Shown here: piece by piece, positions 38,861 through 48,076 of the stretch | How the letters are laid out: the number at the start of each line of letters is the position of its first letter | Numbering within the stretch: the stretch's first letter is position 1 | NCBI GenBank assembly: GCA_902462305.1 | Contig: CABQBC010000001.1 | Location: 135,938-199,937, forward strand | Direction of reading: 5' to 3' | Length of the DNA stretch: 64,000 bases | Origin: an uncultured Flavobacteriales bacterium | Lineage (GTDB): Bacteria > Bacteroidota > Bacteroidia > Flavobacteriales > UBA1820 | The notes under the pieces: generated by a model | Told to the model about the DNA's origin: nothing | What the model saw: only the letters and a program-made list of their open reading frames with translations | Database searches by the model: none | Translations under genes and position numbers: made by a program

Positions 38861-38893
38861 AAAAAAAGAACTTGACAAATAAATTTGCCAAGT
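38861..38893 (-). terminator. intrinsic terminator of the candidate sRNA
   Basis: Minus strand acttggcaaa-ttta-tttgtcaagt forms a 10-bp stem (one G.U) with a 4-nt loop, followed by tcttttttt. Confidence 0.65.
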
Positions 38894-38979
38894 CCTAAAA
38901 CTAACCTATACTAAAAAACTACAACTATGAAACTACTACTAACTAATATATACTTTATCTTTTACCTTATCTTTTCTAA
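38862..38979 (-). ncRNA. candidate small RNA of about 115 nt (C-depleted, ORF-free), bracketed by a consensus promoter and an intrinsic terminator
   Basis: Minus-strand body: gttagaaaagataaggtaaaagataaagtatatattagttagtagtagtttcatagttgtagttttttagtataggttagttttagg. It has no ATG and many stops in all frames. There is a single C before the terminator hairpin. The 5' end is predicted, not known. Confidence 0.45.
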
Positions 38980-38984
38980 CGATA

Positions 38985-39016
38985 CAAATATACGCAGCCA
39001 AAGCGACAAAAGCAAA
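38985..39016 (-). promoter_or_regulatory. full Bacteroides-type promoter: TTTG (-33), 20-nt spacer, TATATTTG (-7)
   Basis: Minus strand reads gatTTTGcttttgtcgctttggctgcgTATATTTG. No CDS lies downstream on that strand before the terminator. Confidence 0.55.
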
Positions 39017-39220
39017 TCATCAATGCCATTTCACCCCATTATACCGCCGTTTTAAAACGGGCGGACAGGGCCACTGCAACCGCATTAATAAAAAATAAAC
39101 AACCGGGTATGCGCTAAAAAAACTAAGCCTCAATTTTTAACCTTAAATTCACTTAAAAATTGTTTTTATGCAAAAAATAACCGGACACACATAATTAACA
39201 CTATTTCCCCTCTCGGACAT

Positions 39221-39249
39221 GAAAAAGGCGGCCCCAAAGGGGCCGCCTT
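39221..39249 (-). terminator. intrinsic terminator of serS
   Basis: aaggcggcccc-aaa-ggggccgcctt forms an 11-bp GC-rich stem, followed by a T tract on the minus strand. It lies 20 nt after the serS stop. Confidence 0.8.
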
Positions 39250-39269
39250 AAGTTATCTGCGTATAACTG

Positions 39270-40544
39270 TTAATCTATAATATCGAAACCTGTATACGCC
39301 TGAAGGGCCTTCGGTATACGTATGCCCTGCGGGGTCTGGTGATTTTCCAAAAGCGCCGCAACGATACGCGGAAGCGCAAGAGAAGAACCGTTCAGGGTAT
39401 GCGCAAGCACACGGTTGCCGTCGACATCCTTGTAGCGGAGCTTGAGCCTGTTTGCCTGAAAAGTCTCGAAGTTCGACACGGAACTTACCTCGAGCCAGCG
39501 TTTCTGTGCTGCTGAGAACACCTCGAAATCGTAAGTCATCGCCGAGGTAAAGCCCATATCGCCTCCGCACAGACGGAGGATATGATACGGCAGTTCGAGA
39601 TCGCGCAACAAGCCTTTCACATGTTCAAGCATCTGGTCCAATGCGGCATAAGAATCCTCCTGGCGTTCCACCCGCACGATTTCCACCTTGTCGAACTGGT
39701 GCAGACGGTTAAGCCCGCGCACGTCCTTGCCGTAAGAACCCGCTTCGCGGCGGAAACATGGCGTATATGCCGTGCATTTTATAGGGAGGCTGGCGCCGTC
39801 CACTATCACGTCGCGGAAAATATTGGTCACGGGTACTTCCGCCGTAGGTATCATGTAAAGGTTGTCCACCTGGTTGTGATACATCTGGCCTTCCTTGTCA
39901 GGCAACTGGCCCGTACCGTAACCCGAAGCCTCGTTTACCATATGCGGAGGCTCTATCTCGGTATATCCGGCGGCAGTGTTGCGGTCCAGGAAAAAGTTTA
40001 TCAGAGCCCGCTGAAGCCGCGCGCCTTTTCCCTTGTACACGGGGAAGCCTGCTCCGGTTATCTTCACACCGAGTTTAAAGTCGATTATATCGTATTTCTC
40101 GGCCAATTCCCAGTGAGGCATGGCTCCTTCGAAGAGTTCGGGAATGGCACCTTCGGCAAACACTTCCTGATTGTCTTCCGCGCCGAACCCCTGCACCACC
40201 AGTTTGTAAGGCACGTTAGGTATGAGGTACAGCAAGTCCTGAAGTTCTTTTTCAGTAGCCGAGAGCCTTTCTTCGAGTTCCTTCGACTGAGCCTTGAGCG
40301 CTGCCGTTTTCTCCTTCAGCGGCGCAGCTTCTCCCGCGCGGCCGGACTTGAACATGTCTCCTATCTCCTTGGCCAGCGAGTTGAGCTCTGCCAGATTGTT
40401 GTCCAAAGTGTTCTGCGTAGCCTTGCGGGTATCGTCCAACAGAAGCACTTTTTCTATCATTTGCTCAGCATCCTTGAAATTCCTTTTTGCCAGCCCTTCG
40501 AGCACCTGCTCCTTGTTCTGGCGGATAAAACTTGTCTGTAACAT
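39270..40544 (-). CDS. serS: serine--tRNA ligase
   Basis: 424 aa with an N-terminal coiled-coil arm and class II motifs (FRREAGSYGKDVRGLNRLHQFDKVE and GSSLALPRIVAALLENHQ). Confidence 0.95.
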   Translation of the reverse strand: MLQTSFIRQNKEQVLEGLAKRNFKDAEQMIEKVLLLDDTRKATQNTLDNNLAELNSLAKEIGDMFKSGRAGEAAPLKEKTAALKAQSKELEERLSATEKELQDLLYLIPNVPYKLVVQGFGAEDNQEVFAEGAIPELFEGAMPHWELAEKYDIIDFKLGVKITGAGFPVYKGKGARLQRALINFFLDRNTAAGYTEIEPPHMVNEASGYGTGQLPDKEGQMYHNQVDNLYMIPTAEVPVTNIFRDVIVDGASLPIKCTAYTPCFRREAGSYGKDVRGLNRLHQFDKVEIVRVERQEDSYAALDQMLEHVKGLLRDLELPYHILRLCGGDMGFTSAMTYDFEVFSAAQKRWLEVSSVSNFETFQANRLKLRYKDVDGNRVLAHTLNGSSLALPRIVAALLENHQTPQGIRIPKALQAYTGFDIID

Positions 40545-40579
40545 AACCTTTTGTCCGTTTGATACTTTTATTCAAACGA

Positions 40580-40587
40580 CAAAATTA
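40580..40587 (-). promoter_or_regulatory. -7 box TAATTTTG upstream of serS
   Basis: Plus-strand caaaatta, about 35 nt upstream of the ATG at 40544. Confidence 0.45.
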
Positions 40588-40715
40588 CTAACTTTTAATT
40601 TTTCGGGGAATTTTTTACGGCTAAAATACCACGGCGCACCAAATAAAAAACATAACGCGCGGAAAAACACGCGCACAGGGAATACCGGATGCCGTTCGGG
40701 AAAACACGAACAAGT

Positions 40716-40746
40716 TTTGTCCGCACCACGTCTTACCGTATATTTG
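40716..40746 (+). promoter_or_regulatory. full promoter TTTG-N19-TATATTTG upstream of the VOC gene
   Basis: agtTTTGtccgcaccacgtcttaccgTATATTTG lies about 65 nt before the ATG at 40811. Confidence 0.5.
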
Positions 40747-40810
40747 TACAATGCTGGTTTAGTCCCAGGCATGGTTTTTCATTACATTTATACAGGTAAA
40801 ACACCCGATT

Positions 40811-41200
40811 ATGAAAATAGAACACATAGCCTTGTGGTGCGCCGATTTGGAAGCCATGAAAGATTTCTACGTCCGTTACTTCGGCGGGGCGGCAGGGGAA
40901 AAATACACGAACGAAAAGAAAGGTTTTTCTTCGTATTTCCTATCGTTCGGAGCAGACTCCACGCGTCTTGAACTTATGCACAGCATACATACGGACCATT
41001 CCGCCCGTAACGACGGCCATCGCAAAGGGCCGGCTCATTTCGCTTTTTCCGCCGGCAGCCGCCGTGCGGTGGACGAGCTTACCTCACTCCTTGAAAACGA
41101 CGGCTTTTCCGTCATGTCATACCCCAGGACAACCGGCGACGGATACTACGAAAGCGCCGTCGAGGACCCCGAAGGCAATGCGGTGGAAATAACCGTATAA
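40811..41200 (+). CDS. VOC (glyoxalase/bleomycin-resistance/dioxygenase) family protein
   Basis: 129 aa. It begins MKIEHIALWCADLEAMKDFY and ends YYESAVEDPEGNAVEI, as expected for the paired beta-alpha-beta-beta-beta VOC fold. Confidence 0.75.
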   Translation: MKIEHIALWCADLEAMKDFYVRYFGGAAGEKYTNEKKGFSSYFLSFGADSTRLELMHSIHTDHSARNDGHRKGPAHFAFSAGSRRAVDELTSLLENDGFSVMSYPRTTGDGYYESAVEDPEGNAVEITV

Positions 41201-41263
41201 AGCAAAACCGGCAAGTATTTAGTGAAAACTCCGTTTTCTTTTCTCTTTACTCTCTGTTTGCAC

Positions 41264-41271
41264 TATATTTG
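41264..41271 (+). promoter_or_regulatory. -7 box TATATTTG upstream of comM/yifB
   Basis: The context gcactatatttg shares cactatatttg with the 80-bp repeat ends. It lies about 95 nt before the ATG at 41365. Confidence 0.4.
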
Positions 41272-41364
41272 TAAAATCCGGTTCAATGGACTAGGAACGC
41301 AAGTATCAAACAGCCTTTGGCTGCGGTCAGCGACATATTTACAGATAGAAAAAACTCTAAAAAC

Positions 41365-42903
41365 ATGCTTGTAAAGACATACGGCAGCACGGTATACGGC
41401 GTGGATGCCATGATGATAACGATAGAGGTGAACATATCGCAAGGAGTGGGTTACAATCTGGTAGGTCTTCCGGACAATGCCGTAAAGGAATCCTCGCACC
41501 GCATAAACGCCGCATTCGAGACCAACGGTTTCCGCTGGCCGGGGAAAAAAATAACCGTCAATATGGCCCCTGCCGACATTCGCAAGGAAGGTGCGGCTTT
41601 CGACCTTCCCATAGCCTTAGGCATACTGGCCGCATCGGGACAGATACCTGACGACAGCGCGGCGGAGTTCATGGTAATGGGCGAACTGTCGCTCGACGGC
41701 TCGCTCAAAGGCATACGCGGCGCATTGCCGATAGCCATAGAAGCACGTCAGCGCGGATTCAGGGGCATCATCCTGCCAAGAGAAAACGCACGTGAAGCCG
41801 CCGTTGTCGAAGGGCTGGAAGTGTACGGCATGGACACACTGGAAGAAGTGACGTCCTTTTTCAAAGGCACATACGACCCAGAACCCGAGAAAGTCGACAT
41901 ACGCGGCATTTTCTACGAAAACGAAAACGAAAGTGGCCCTGACTTTGCCGACGTGAAAGGCCAGGAAAATATAAAAAGAGCTTTGGAGATAGCCGCTGCC
42001 GGCGGGCACAACATAATCATGGTAGGACCTCCCGGAGCCGGCAAAACCATGCTTGCAAAACGCATATCGTCCATACTACCGCCGCTTACTCTCGACGAAG
42101 CGCTGGAAACGACCAAAATACATTCTGTCGCCGGAAAACTGAATGCCGAACACGGACTTATGACCGTGCGCCCGTTCCGCAGCCCTCACCATACGATATC
42201 CAACGTGGCTATGGTCGGCGGAGGGCAATACCCTCAACCGGGCGAGATATCCCTCGCACATAACGGCGTGCTTTTTCTGGACGAATTGCCAGAATTCCAG
42301 AAACAAGTGCTCGAAGTGTTGCGCCAACCGCTCGAAGACCGCGTAGTATCCATCTCCCGCGCCAGGCAAAGCGTAACCTACCCCGCCAGTTTCATGCTCA
42401 TAGCCTCGATGAACCCCAGCCCGTCTGGAGGTTTTGCCGACCAGTCCAAGGCTTTTTCATCGTCGCCGGCCGAGATACAACGCTATCTGGGAAAAATATC
42501 GGGCCCGCTTCTTGACCGCATAGACATACACATAGAAGTAGAACCCGTCAACTTCGACCAACTGTCCGAAGAGCGCCGCGGCGAGCCTTCGCGCGAAATA
42601 CGCAAACGCGTAGTGGCCGCACGCGCCATACAGGAAAAGCGTTTTTCTTCCTCTCCCGGAATAAATTACAATGCCCAGATGGACACGCGCTGTATCGACG
42701 AGTTCTGCCGGCTGGACGAAAAGGGCAAAAATCTGTTGCGAACGGCAATGGAACGCCTCGGACTGTCCGCCCGCGCTTACGACCGTATACTGAAGGTCTC
42801 GCGCACCATTGCCGATTTGGAAGCCTCGGAAAACATACTGCCTTCACACGTGGGAGAAGCGATACAATACCGCAGCCTCGACCGCGAAGGCTGGGCGCGG
42901 TAA
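41365..42903 (+). CDS. YifB/ComM family Mg-chelatase-like AAA+ ATPase
   Basis: Start moved to MLVKTYGS. It has a Lon-like N-terminal domain, Walker A MVGPPGAGKTM, GVLFLDELPEF and the C-terminal SARAYDRILKVSRTIADLE. Confidence 0.9.
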   Translation: MLVKTYGSTVYGVDAMMITIEVNISQGVGYNLVGLPDNAVKESSHRINAAFETNGFRWPGKKITVNMAPADIRKEGAAFDLPIALGILAASGQIPDDSAAEFMVMGELSLDGSLKGIRGALPIAIEARQRGFRGIILPRENAREAAVVEGLEVYGMDTLEEVTSFFKGTYDPEPEKVDIRGIFYENENESGPDFADVKGQENIKRALEIAAAGGHNIIMVGPPGAGKTMLAKRISSILPPLTLDEALETTKIHSVAGKLNAEHGLMTVRPFRSPHHTISNVAMVGGGQYPQPGEISLAHNGVLFLDELPEFQKQVLEVLRQPLEDRVVSISRARQSVTYPASFMLIASMNPSPSGGFADQSKAFSSSPAEIQRYLGKISGPLLDRIDIHIEVEPVNFDQLSEERRGEPSREIRKRVVAARAIQEKRFSSSPGINYNAQMDTRCIDEFCRLDEKGKNLLRTAMERLGLSARAYDRILKVSRTIADLEASENILPSHVGEAIQYRSLDREGWAR

Positions 42904-42939
42904 CAACTCCGGCACAGCATTATACATAACGATACGCAC

Positions 42940-43443
42940 ATGAACAATACGTTTTCTTTCAGGCAGGCCACCGAGGCCGACGTTCCGCGCATATTGGAGA
43001 TAATATCGCACCGTATAGAGTGGCTTGGGAAAAAAGGCATAGACCAATGGACCGGTGAGGACAACTATCTCGCGTATTACACCCCTGATTACTTTGCGCA
43101 GCATGCCCGCATGGGAGAAATTTTTCTGGCCGTCTGCCATGGGACTACAGCCGCATGCATTACCATTGTGAAAAGCGACACCCCGCGCTGGACTGACGAC
43201 GGCACACGCGCATACTACCTGCACAACCTCGCTTCGGACATGCGCTTTCCCGGAGCCGGACGCGCACTTCTCAGTTTTTGCGGGGCAAAAGCCGTGCGCG
43301 ACGGAATGGAGGCTCTGCGCCTGGACAGCAAAAAAGGCAATGAGGATTTAAGCCGTTACTATGAAACATTTGGTTTTAAGGCAACAGGATGGTGCGACGA
43401 CGACGGTTACCAGGGCATTCTGTGGGAAAAAAGGCTCGGTTAG
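42940..43443 (+). CDS. GNAT family N-acetyltransferase
   Basis: 167 aa with YYLHNLASDMRFPGAGRALLSF (motif A-like) and a C-terminal FGFK. Confidence 0.7.
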   Translation: MNNTFSFRQATEADVPRILEIISHRIEWLGKKGIDQWTGEDNYLAYYTPDYFAQHARMGEIFLAVCHGTTAACITIVKSDTPRWTDDGTRAYYLHNLASDMRFPGAGRALLSFCGAKAVRDGMEALRLDSKKGNEDLSRYYETFGFKATGWCDDDGYQGILWEKRLG

Positions 43444-43468
43444 GTTTTCCCGGCAGTGTTATTTTCTT

Positions 43469-43476
43469 TAGCTTTG
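43469..43476 (+). promoter_or_regulatory. -7 box TAGCTTTG upstream of dcp
   Basis: Matches TAnnTTTG, about 95 nt before the ATG at 43570. Confidence 0.3.
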
Positions 43477-43569
43477 CATTGTCCTTACGGCCTTTATATC
43501 ACGCGGGTATCTTAAATTCGTACAGCACCCGCAACGACATGCGAAATATAAACATCATATCATACGCCA

Positions 43570-45666
43570 ATGAAAAAGTATCTAATAGCAACCGCCGCCA
43601 TGGCACTTTTGGCCGCCTGCGGCACTAAAACAGACGAAATGACGAATCCGTTTTTCTCTTCTTACGACACTCCATACGGAGTGCCTCCTTTCGACAAGAT
43701 AAAAAACGAACATTATGTACCGGCGTTCGAGAAAGGCATGCAGGAGCACAATGCCGACATCGATTCGATTATCGGAAACACCGATGCCCCTACATTTGAA
43801 AACACGATACTGGCCTACGAAAACAGCGGCGACCTTTTGAACCGCGTATCGCTCGTATTTTTCAACATCACCGAAGCCGATACCAATGACACGCTCGATT
43901 CGATAGCCGAACACATCACACCTCTGATAACGGCTCATTTCGACGAGATAGCGCTCAACGAAAAACTGTTCGGCCGCATAAAATCCGTTTACGACCGCCG
44001 CGACTCGCTGGGGCTTAAAGGTGAAGAACTGCGCCTTACGGAAAAAATATACAAAGGATTCGAACGTTCGGGCATCAACCTGCCATCGGACAAAAAGGAA
44101 CGGCTTAAAGCCATAAATTCCGAACTGGCTTCGCTGTCCCTGGCATTCGGCAACAATGTCCTGAAGGAAACGAACGATTTCATCGTCGAGCTTACCGAAA
44201 ACGATCTAGACGGACTGCCTGAAGACGTTAAAGCCTCGATGGCCGACGATGCCAGAAGCATGGGCCGCGAAGGATACGTGGTTACGATGCAGAAACCCAG
44301 CTGGATACCTTTCGTAACGTATTCTACGCGCCGCGACCTGCGCGAAAAAGTTATCAAAGGCTACGTGATGCGTTCCGACCGTAACAACGATGCCGACAAC
44401 AAAGCTATCATAGACAAAATCGTAAACCTGCGTACTGAAAAAGCGCATATCCTCGGTTTCGACACATGGGCCGCCTATATGCTAGACGAGAACATGGCCA
44501 AAACACCTGAAAAGGCTTACGAACTGATGTACCAGGTATGGACTCCCGCCCTGAAACGCGCCAAGGAGGAACTTGCCGACATACAGTCCATGATAGACCG
44601 CGAAGGCGGCGATTTCAAAGCCGAAGCATGGGACTGGTGGTACTATTCCGAAAAGATACGCGGAGAAAAATTCGACCTTTCGGAAGAACAGACCAAACCC
44701 TACTTCACGCTCGATAACGCCACCAAAGGCATTTTCACCGTATGCGAGAAACTGTACGGCCTGAAATTCAAAGAACGCGCCGACATGCCTGTATTCCACC
44801 CTGACGTGAAAGTGTTCGAAGTTTACGACGACCGCGACACGCTGATGGGCGTACTCTACTCCGACTTTTTCGTACGTCCGAGCAAACGTCCCGGCGCGTG
44901 GATGACCAACTACCGCGAAGAATCATACAAAGACGGAGTACGGCAGATACCTGTCGTATCCCTCACGTGCAACTTCCCCAAACCTGTCGGCGATACCCCG
45001 TCGCAGCTCTCGATAGACGACGTAAAGACATACTTCCACGAATTCGGCCACTGCCTGCATAGCCTCCTTACGGACGTAAAATACGAAAGTCTGGCCGGGA
45101 CCAACGTACAGCATGACTTCGTCGAGCTTTTCTCGCAGATAATGGAACGCTGGGCCATGCATCCTGACGTACTCAAACTGTACGCGGTCAACTACAAGAC
45201 AGGCGAAGTGATACCGGACGAAATGATAAAGAAGATAGACGAGTCGGCCAACTTCGGACAGGGCTTCGCCACTACCGAATTCCTGGCGGCAGGACTTCTG
45301 GACATGGACTGGCACACGCAGAAAAATGCGAAAAAATACGATGTGAACGCATTTGAAAAAGACGCTATGGACAAAATAGGTCTGATAAAAGAGATTTACC
45401 CGCGCTATCGATCCACGTACTTCAACCATATTTTCTCCGGAGGATATTCGGCAGGTTACTACGCATACCTCTGGGCAGAAGTTCTCGATGCCGACGCATT
45501 CGAATCGTTCGTGGAAAACGGCATCTTCGACAAGGCGACAGCCGATGCCTTCCGTTACAAAATGCTGTCCAAAGGCGGAACTGAGGACGCTATGGTGCTG
45601 TTCAAAGACTTCAAAGGCAAGGAACCTTCTGTAACGCCGCTGCTCAGGAGCCGTGGCTTACTGTAA
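43570..45666 (+). CDS. dcp: M3 family metallopeptidase (peptidyl-dipeptidase Dcp-like), lipoprotein
   Basis: 698 aa with lipobox LLAACG, zinc motif HEFGHCLH and a downstream E ligand region typical of M3A. Confidence 0.85.
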   Translation: MKKYLIATAAMALLAACGTKTDEMTNPFFSSYDTPYGVPPFDKIKNEHYVPAFEKGMQEHNADIDSIIGNTDAPTFENTILAYENSGDLLNRVSLVFFNITEADTNDTLDSIAEHITPLITAHFDEIALNEKLFGRIKSVYDRRDSLGLKGEELRLTEKIYKGFERSGINLPSDKKERLKAINSELASLSLAFGNNVLKETNDFIVELTENDLDGLPEDVKASMADDARSMGREGYVVTMQKPSWIPFVTYSTRRDLREKVIKGYVMRSDRNNDADNKAIIDKIVNLRTEKAHILGFDTWAAYMLDENMAKTPEKAYELMYQVWTPALKRAKEELADIQSMIDREGGDFKAEAWDWWYYSEKIRGEKFDLSEEQTKPYFTLDNATKGIFTVCEKLYGLKFKERADMPVFHPDVKVFEVYDDRDTLMGVLYSDFFVRPSKRPGAWMTNYREESYKDGVRQIPVVSLTCNFPKPVGDTPSQLSIDDVKTYFHEFGHCLHSLLTDVKYESLAGTNVQHDFVELFSQIMERWAMHPDVLKLYAVNYKTGEVIPDEMIKKIDESANFGQGFATTEFLAAGLLDMDWHTQKNAKKYDVNAFEKDAMDKIGLIKEIYPRYRSTYFNHIFSGGYSAGYYAYLWAEVLDADAFESFVENGIFDKATADAFRYKMLSKGGTEDAMVLFKDFKGKEPSVTPLLRSRGLL

Positions 45667-45691
45667 GACCTCCGGTACAAAACAAAAAACA

Positions 45692-45739
45692 GATACCGGC
45701 CGTTACCTCCGCCAAAAGCCGGAAGTAACGGCCGGTATC
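45692..45739 (+). terminator. 15-bp perfect hairpin downstream of dcp (terminator candidate, no clear T tract)
   Basis: gataccggccgttac-N18-gtaacggccggtatc. Confidence 0.4.
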
Positions 45740-45758
45740 AATATAAATACAAATTTTC

Positions 45759-46760
45759 ATGTTTTATAAACAACCGATTGTGAACAAAATAATTATGGCA
45801 TTAACCGCTTGCGCCGCCATACTGGCCGCGACCGCCTGCGGAGGCGGAAAAGCAAAAACCGCAGAGAACGCAGTAACGGAAGTGCCTAAGGTGTATTTCA
45901 TCAAGGATATCACTTCCGAAAACATCATGAAGCTATACAACGCCCTGGGCCGCAAGGCTGAGGGCAAAAAGGTAGCAATTAAACTCTCCACCGGCGAGGC
46001 CGGCAATCCGAACCACCTGGACCCTAACCTTATAAAAGAACTGGTGCAGAGCGTGAACGGCACGATCATCGAAGGAAACACGGCATACGCCGGACAGCGC
46101 ACCAACACTGCCGACCATATGAAAGTAGCCGAAGAACACGGTTTTACGGCCATCGCCGATGTCGATATCATGGATACCGACGGCCAGGTAGCCCTTGAAG
46201 TAAAAGGCGGAAAACATCTCAAAGAGGACCTTGTCGGCAAAAACTTCCTCGATTACGACTTTATGGTGGTACTGTCGCACTTCAAAGGCCACCCTATGGC
46301 TGGCTTCGGAGGCGCACTGAAGAACATATCCATCGGCATAGCCTCGCCCGAAGGCAAAGCCAACATCCATTCGGCAGGAAAAACAGCCGACGTGGCCAAA
46401 GTATGGAGCATGATTCCCGACAACGACACTTTCCAGGAATCTATGGCCGAAGCATCGAAAGCCATCATCGACCATATCGGCGACAGGGTGCTGTATATCA
46501 ATGTGGCAAATAACCTGTCTGTCGATTGCGACTGCGTGGCCGACCCCGCTCCCGTGGCAATGGCCGACCTCGGCATATTCGCATCGCTCGATCCTGTGGC
46601 GCTCGACCGTGCCTGCATAGACGCTGTACGCAATTCCGACGATCACGGCAAAATACACCTAATAGAACGGATCGACTCCAGAAGCGGCATGCACAACCTG
46701 GACTATGCGGAACAACTCGGACTCGGTTCCCAGAAATACGAACTCGTCGAACTGAAATAA
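45759..46760 (+). CDS. DUF362-like protein with a lipoprotein signal
   Basis: 333 aa with lipobox AATACGG. VLSHFKGHPMAGFGGALKNISIG and SVDCDCV resemble DUF362. The family assignment is from memory. Confidence 0.55.
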   Translation: MFYKQPIVNKIIMALTACAAILAATACGGGKAKTAENAVTEVPKVYFIKDITSENIMKLYNALGRKAEGKKVAIKLSTGEAGNPNHLDPNLIKELVQSVNGTIIEGNTAYAGQRTNTADHMKVAEEHGFTAIADVDIMDTDGQVALEVKGGKHLKEDLVGKNFLDYDFMVVLSHFKGHPMAGFGGALKNISIGIASPEGKANIHSAGKTADVAKVWSMIPDNDTFQESMAEASKAIIDHIGDRVLYINVANNLSVDCDCVADPAPVAMADLGIFASLDPVALDRACIDAVRNSDDHGKIHLIERIDSRSGMHNLDYAEQLGLGSQKYELVELK

Positions 46761-46789
46761 TATTTCGATAATTTCCGGTCATTATCTGC

Positions 46790-46826
46790 AAAAACAGGCG
46801 TGAATCTAATCGCGCCTGTTTTTTTA
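46790..46826 (+). terminator. intrinsic terminator after the DUF362-like gene
   Basis: aaaaacaggcg-N12-cgcctgttttttt. Confidence 0.6.
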
Positions 46827-46847
46827 GCATGTATCTGTCCGTATTTT

Positions 46848-47417
46848 TTACCGCAAAACGTAAAAACGCATTATATCCTCATCGGAAACATTTTCCAGGC
46901 CGAGTACCGCAACATAAGGGTCTCCATCCAACCCCAACAAACGGGCGAAAGCAGGCTCCGTCTTCACGCCTTTTTCTTTCAGTTCCACCACCCTTCGCAT
47001 GAACTCCCCGCCGAGCAGACGTAGCACACGCGCCTCCACCAGCATATGCCTGTAAGCATTGGACCGGACAGGCTCCATATTGCAAGCGTATATCTCGACC
47101 GGTATGCCTCCGGCAGTAAAACGGCATAAAAAAGCCTTCCCGTCACCGGAAACACCAGTGGAAAAATCATCGTAACCGGCAAAAAGACGCGACATTTCAT
47201 CCCCGAACGAGGTAAAATCACCTGTCCAACGGCACACTATGTCCATATCGCTCCCACGAACATCTATACCCAACGGGAACGTCCCGGCAAGCACCGGCGC
47301 ATACTGAGCAAGCGACTCCATAATACCGTGCGAAGACAACACACCGTAACACCTGCGCTGCACGGCCGAACCGAAACGCAGGTACTCCGTACCGCTGAAA
47401 TCCGTATCATTAGCCAT
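46848..47417 (-). CDS. nucleotidyltransferase-fold protein (DUF4269-like)
   Basis: Start moved to MANDTDF. LAGTFPLGIDVRGSDMDIVC resembles the G[ST]...D.D minimal nucleotidyltransferase motif. Confidence 0.5.
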   Translation of the reverse strand: MANDTDFSGTEYLRFGSAVQRRCYGVLSSHGIMESLAQYAPVLAGTFPLGIDVRGSDMDIVCRWTGDFTSFGDEMSRLFAGYDDFSTGVSGDGKAFLCRFTAGGIPVEIYACNMEPVRSNAYRHMLVEARVLRLLGGEFMRRVVELKEKGVKTEPAFARLLGLDGDPYVAVLGLENVSDEDIMRFYVLR

Positions 47418-47495
47418 ATCCGTACACCCCGGTAAAAAATTCCGCAACCCGGCGTATTTGCCGGGAAATACGATGAAACCCTAATTACTGACGGG

Positions 47496-47981
47496 CTATA
47501 AAAAACTCTTGATATAACCTGCAGTGGCATCCTGCGAAGGACGCGGCGCATTGGCGTTTATTATTTTCCCGTCACGGCCTATCAGGATAAACCTCGGTAT
47601 GGTTTTTATCCCGTACTCCTGGGAAAAAGCACGCGAGCCTTCCTGTCCGGCATGCAACTGCACGCCGCCGAGCGATTGTTCGCGTACGAATTTTTCCCAT
47701 GCCGGCTTGTCTTTATCGACCGAGATACTGACGAACACAACGTCCTGACCTTCGAAAGTCTTTTCAAGGGCTTTGAGCGCAGGTATTTCCGCACGGCACG
47801 GAGGGCACCATGTAGCCCACACATCTATAAACACCAACTTTCCCTTAAACGAGGCCATCGTGTATTCGGTCCCGTCAGGGGTCTTGAACTTGAAGTCCGG
47901 TGCGGCGTCTCCATCCTTTACCTGGGCCAAAGCGCATAGCGGCAGAAATGCGGCCAGTAGAAATGCTGTTAAATTTTTCAT
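47496..47981 (-). CDS. TlpA/redoxin family thiol:disulfide oxidoreductase, secreted
   Basis: Start moved to MKNLTAFLLAAFLPLCALAQ. The thioredoxin active site is WATWCPPC. Confidence 0.85.
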   Translation of the reverse strand: MKNLTAFLLAAFLPLCALAQVKDGDAAPDFKFKTPDGTEYTMASFKGKLVFIDVWATWCPPCRAEIPALKALEKTFEGQDVVFVSISVDKDKPAWEKFVREQSLGGVQLHAGQEGSRAFSQEYGIKTIPRFILIGRDGKIINANAPRPSQDATAGYIKSFL

Positions 47982-48009
47982 ATTTCGATTTTTTTTAAAT
48001 TCATACAAT

Positions 48010-48056
48010 AAAAAAAGCCTGTCTTCAGTGCCTGAACACCAAAGATAGGCTTTTTT
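48010..48056 (-). terminator. intrinsic terminator of metK
   Basis: agcctgtctt-N16-aagataggct forms a 10-bp stem (one G.U), flanked by A6 and T6. Confidence 0.6.
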
Positions 48057-48076
48057 GTGTTATCCGTAAAACCGGC

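Noticed and set aside
38710-39270. Small protein-coding genes hidden in the AT-rich gap
   Set aside because: No ORF of 60 aa or more exists. The region downstream of the consensus promoter has no ATG before the terminator and has stops in all frames, so a noncoding RNA is the better reading. The hairpin ccgccgttttaaaacgggcgg at about 39044-39066 has no flanking T tract or promoter, so I left it unassigned.
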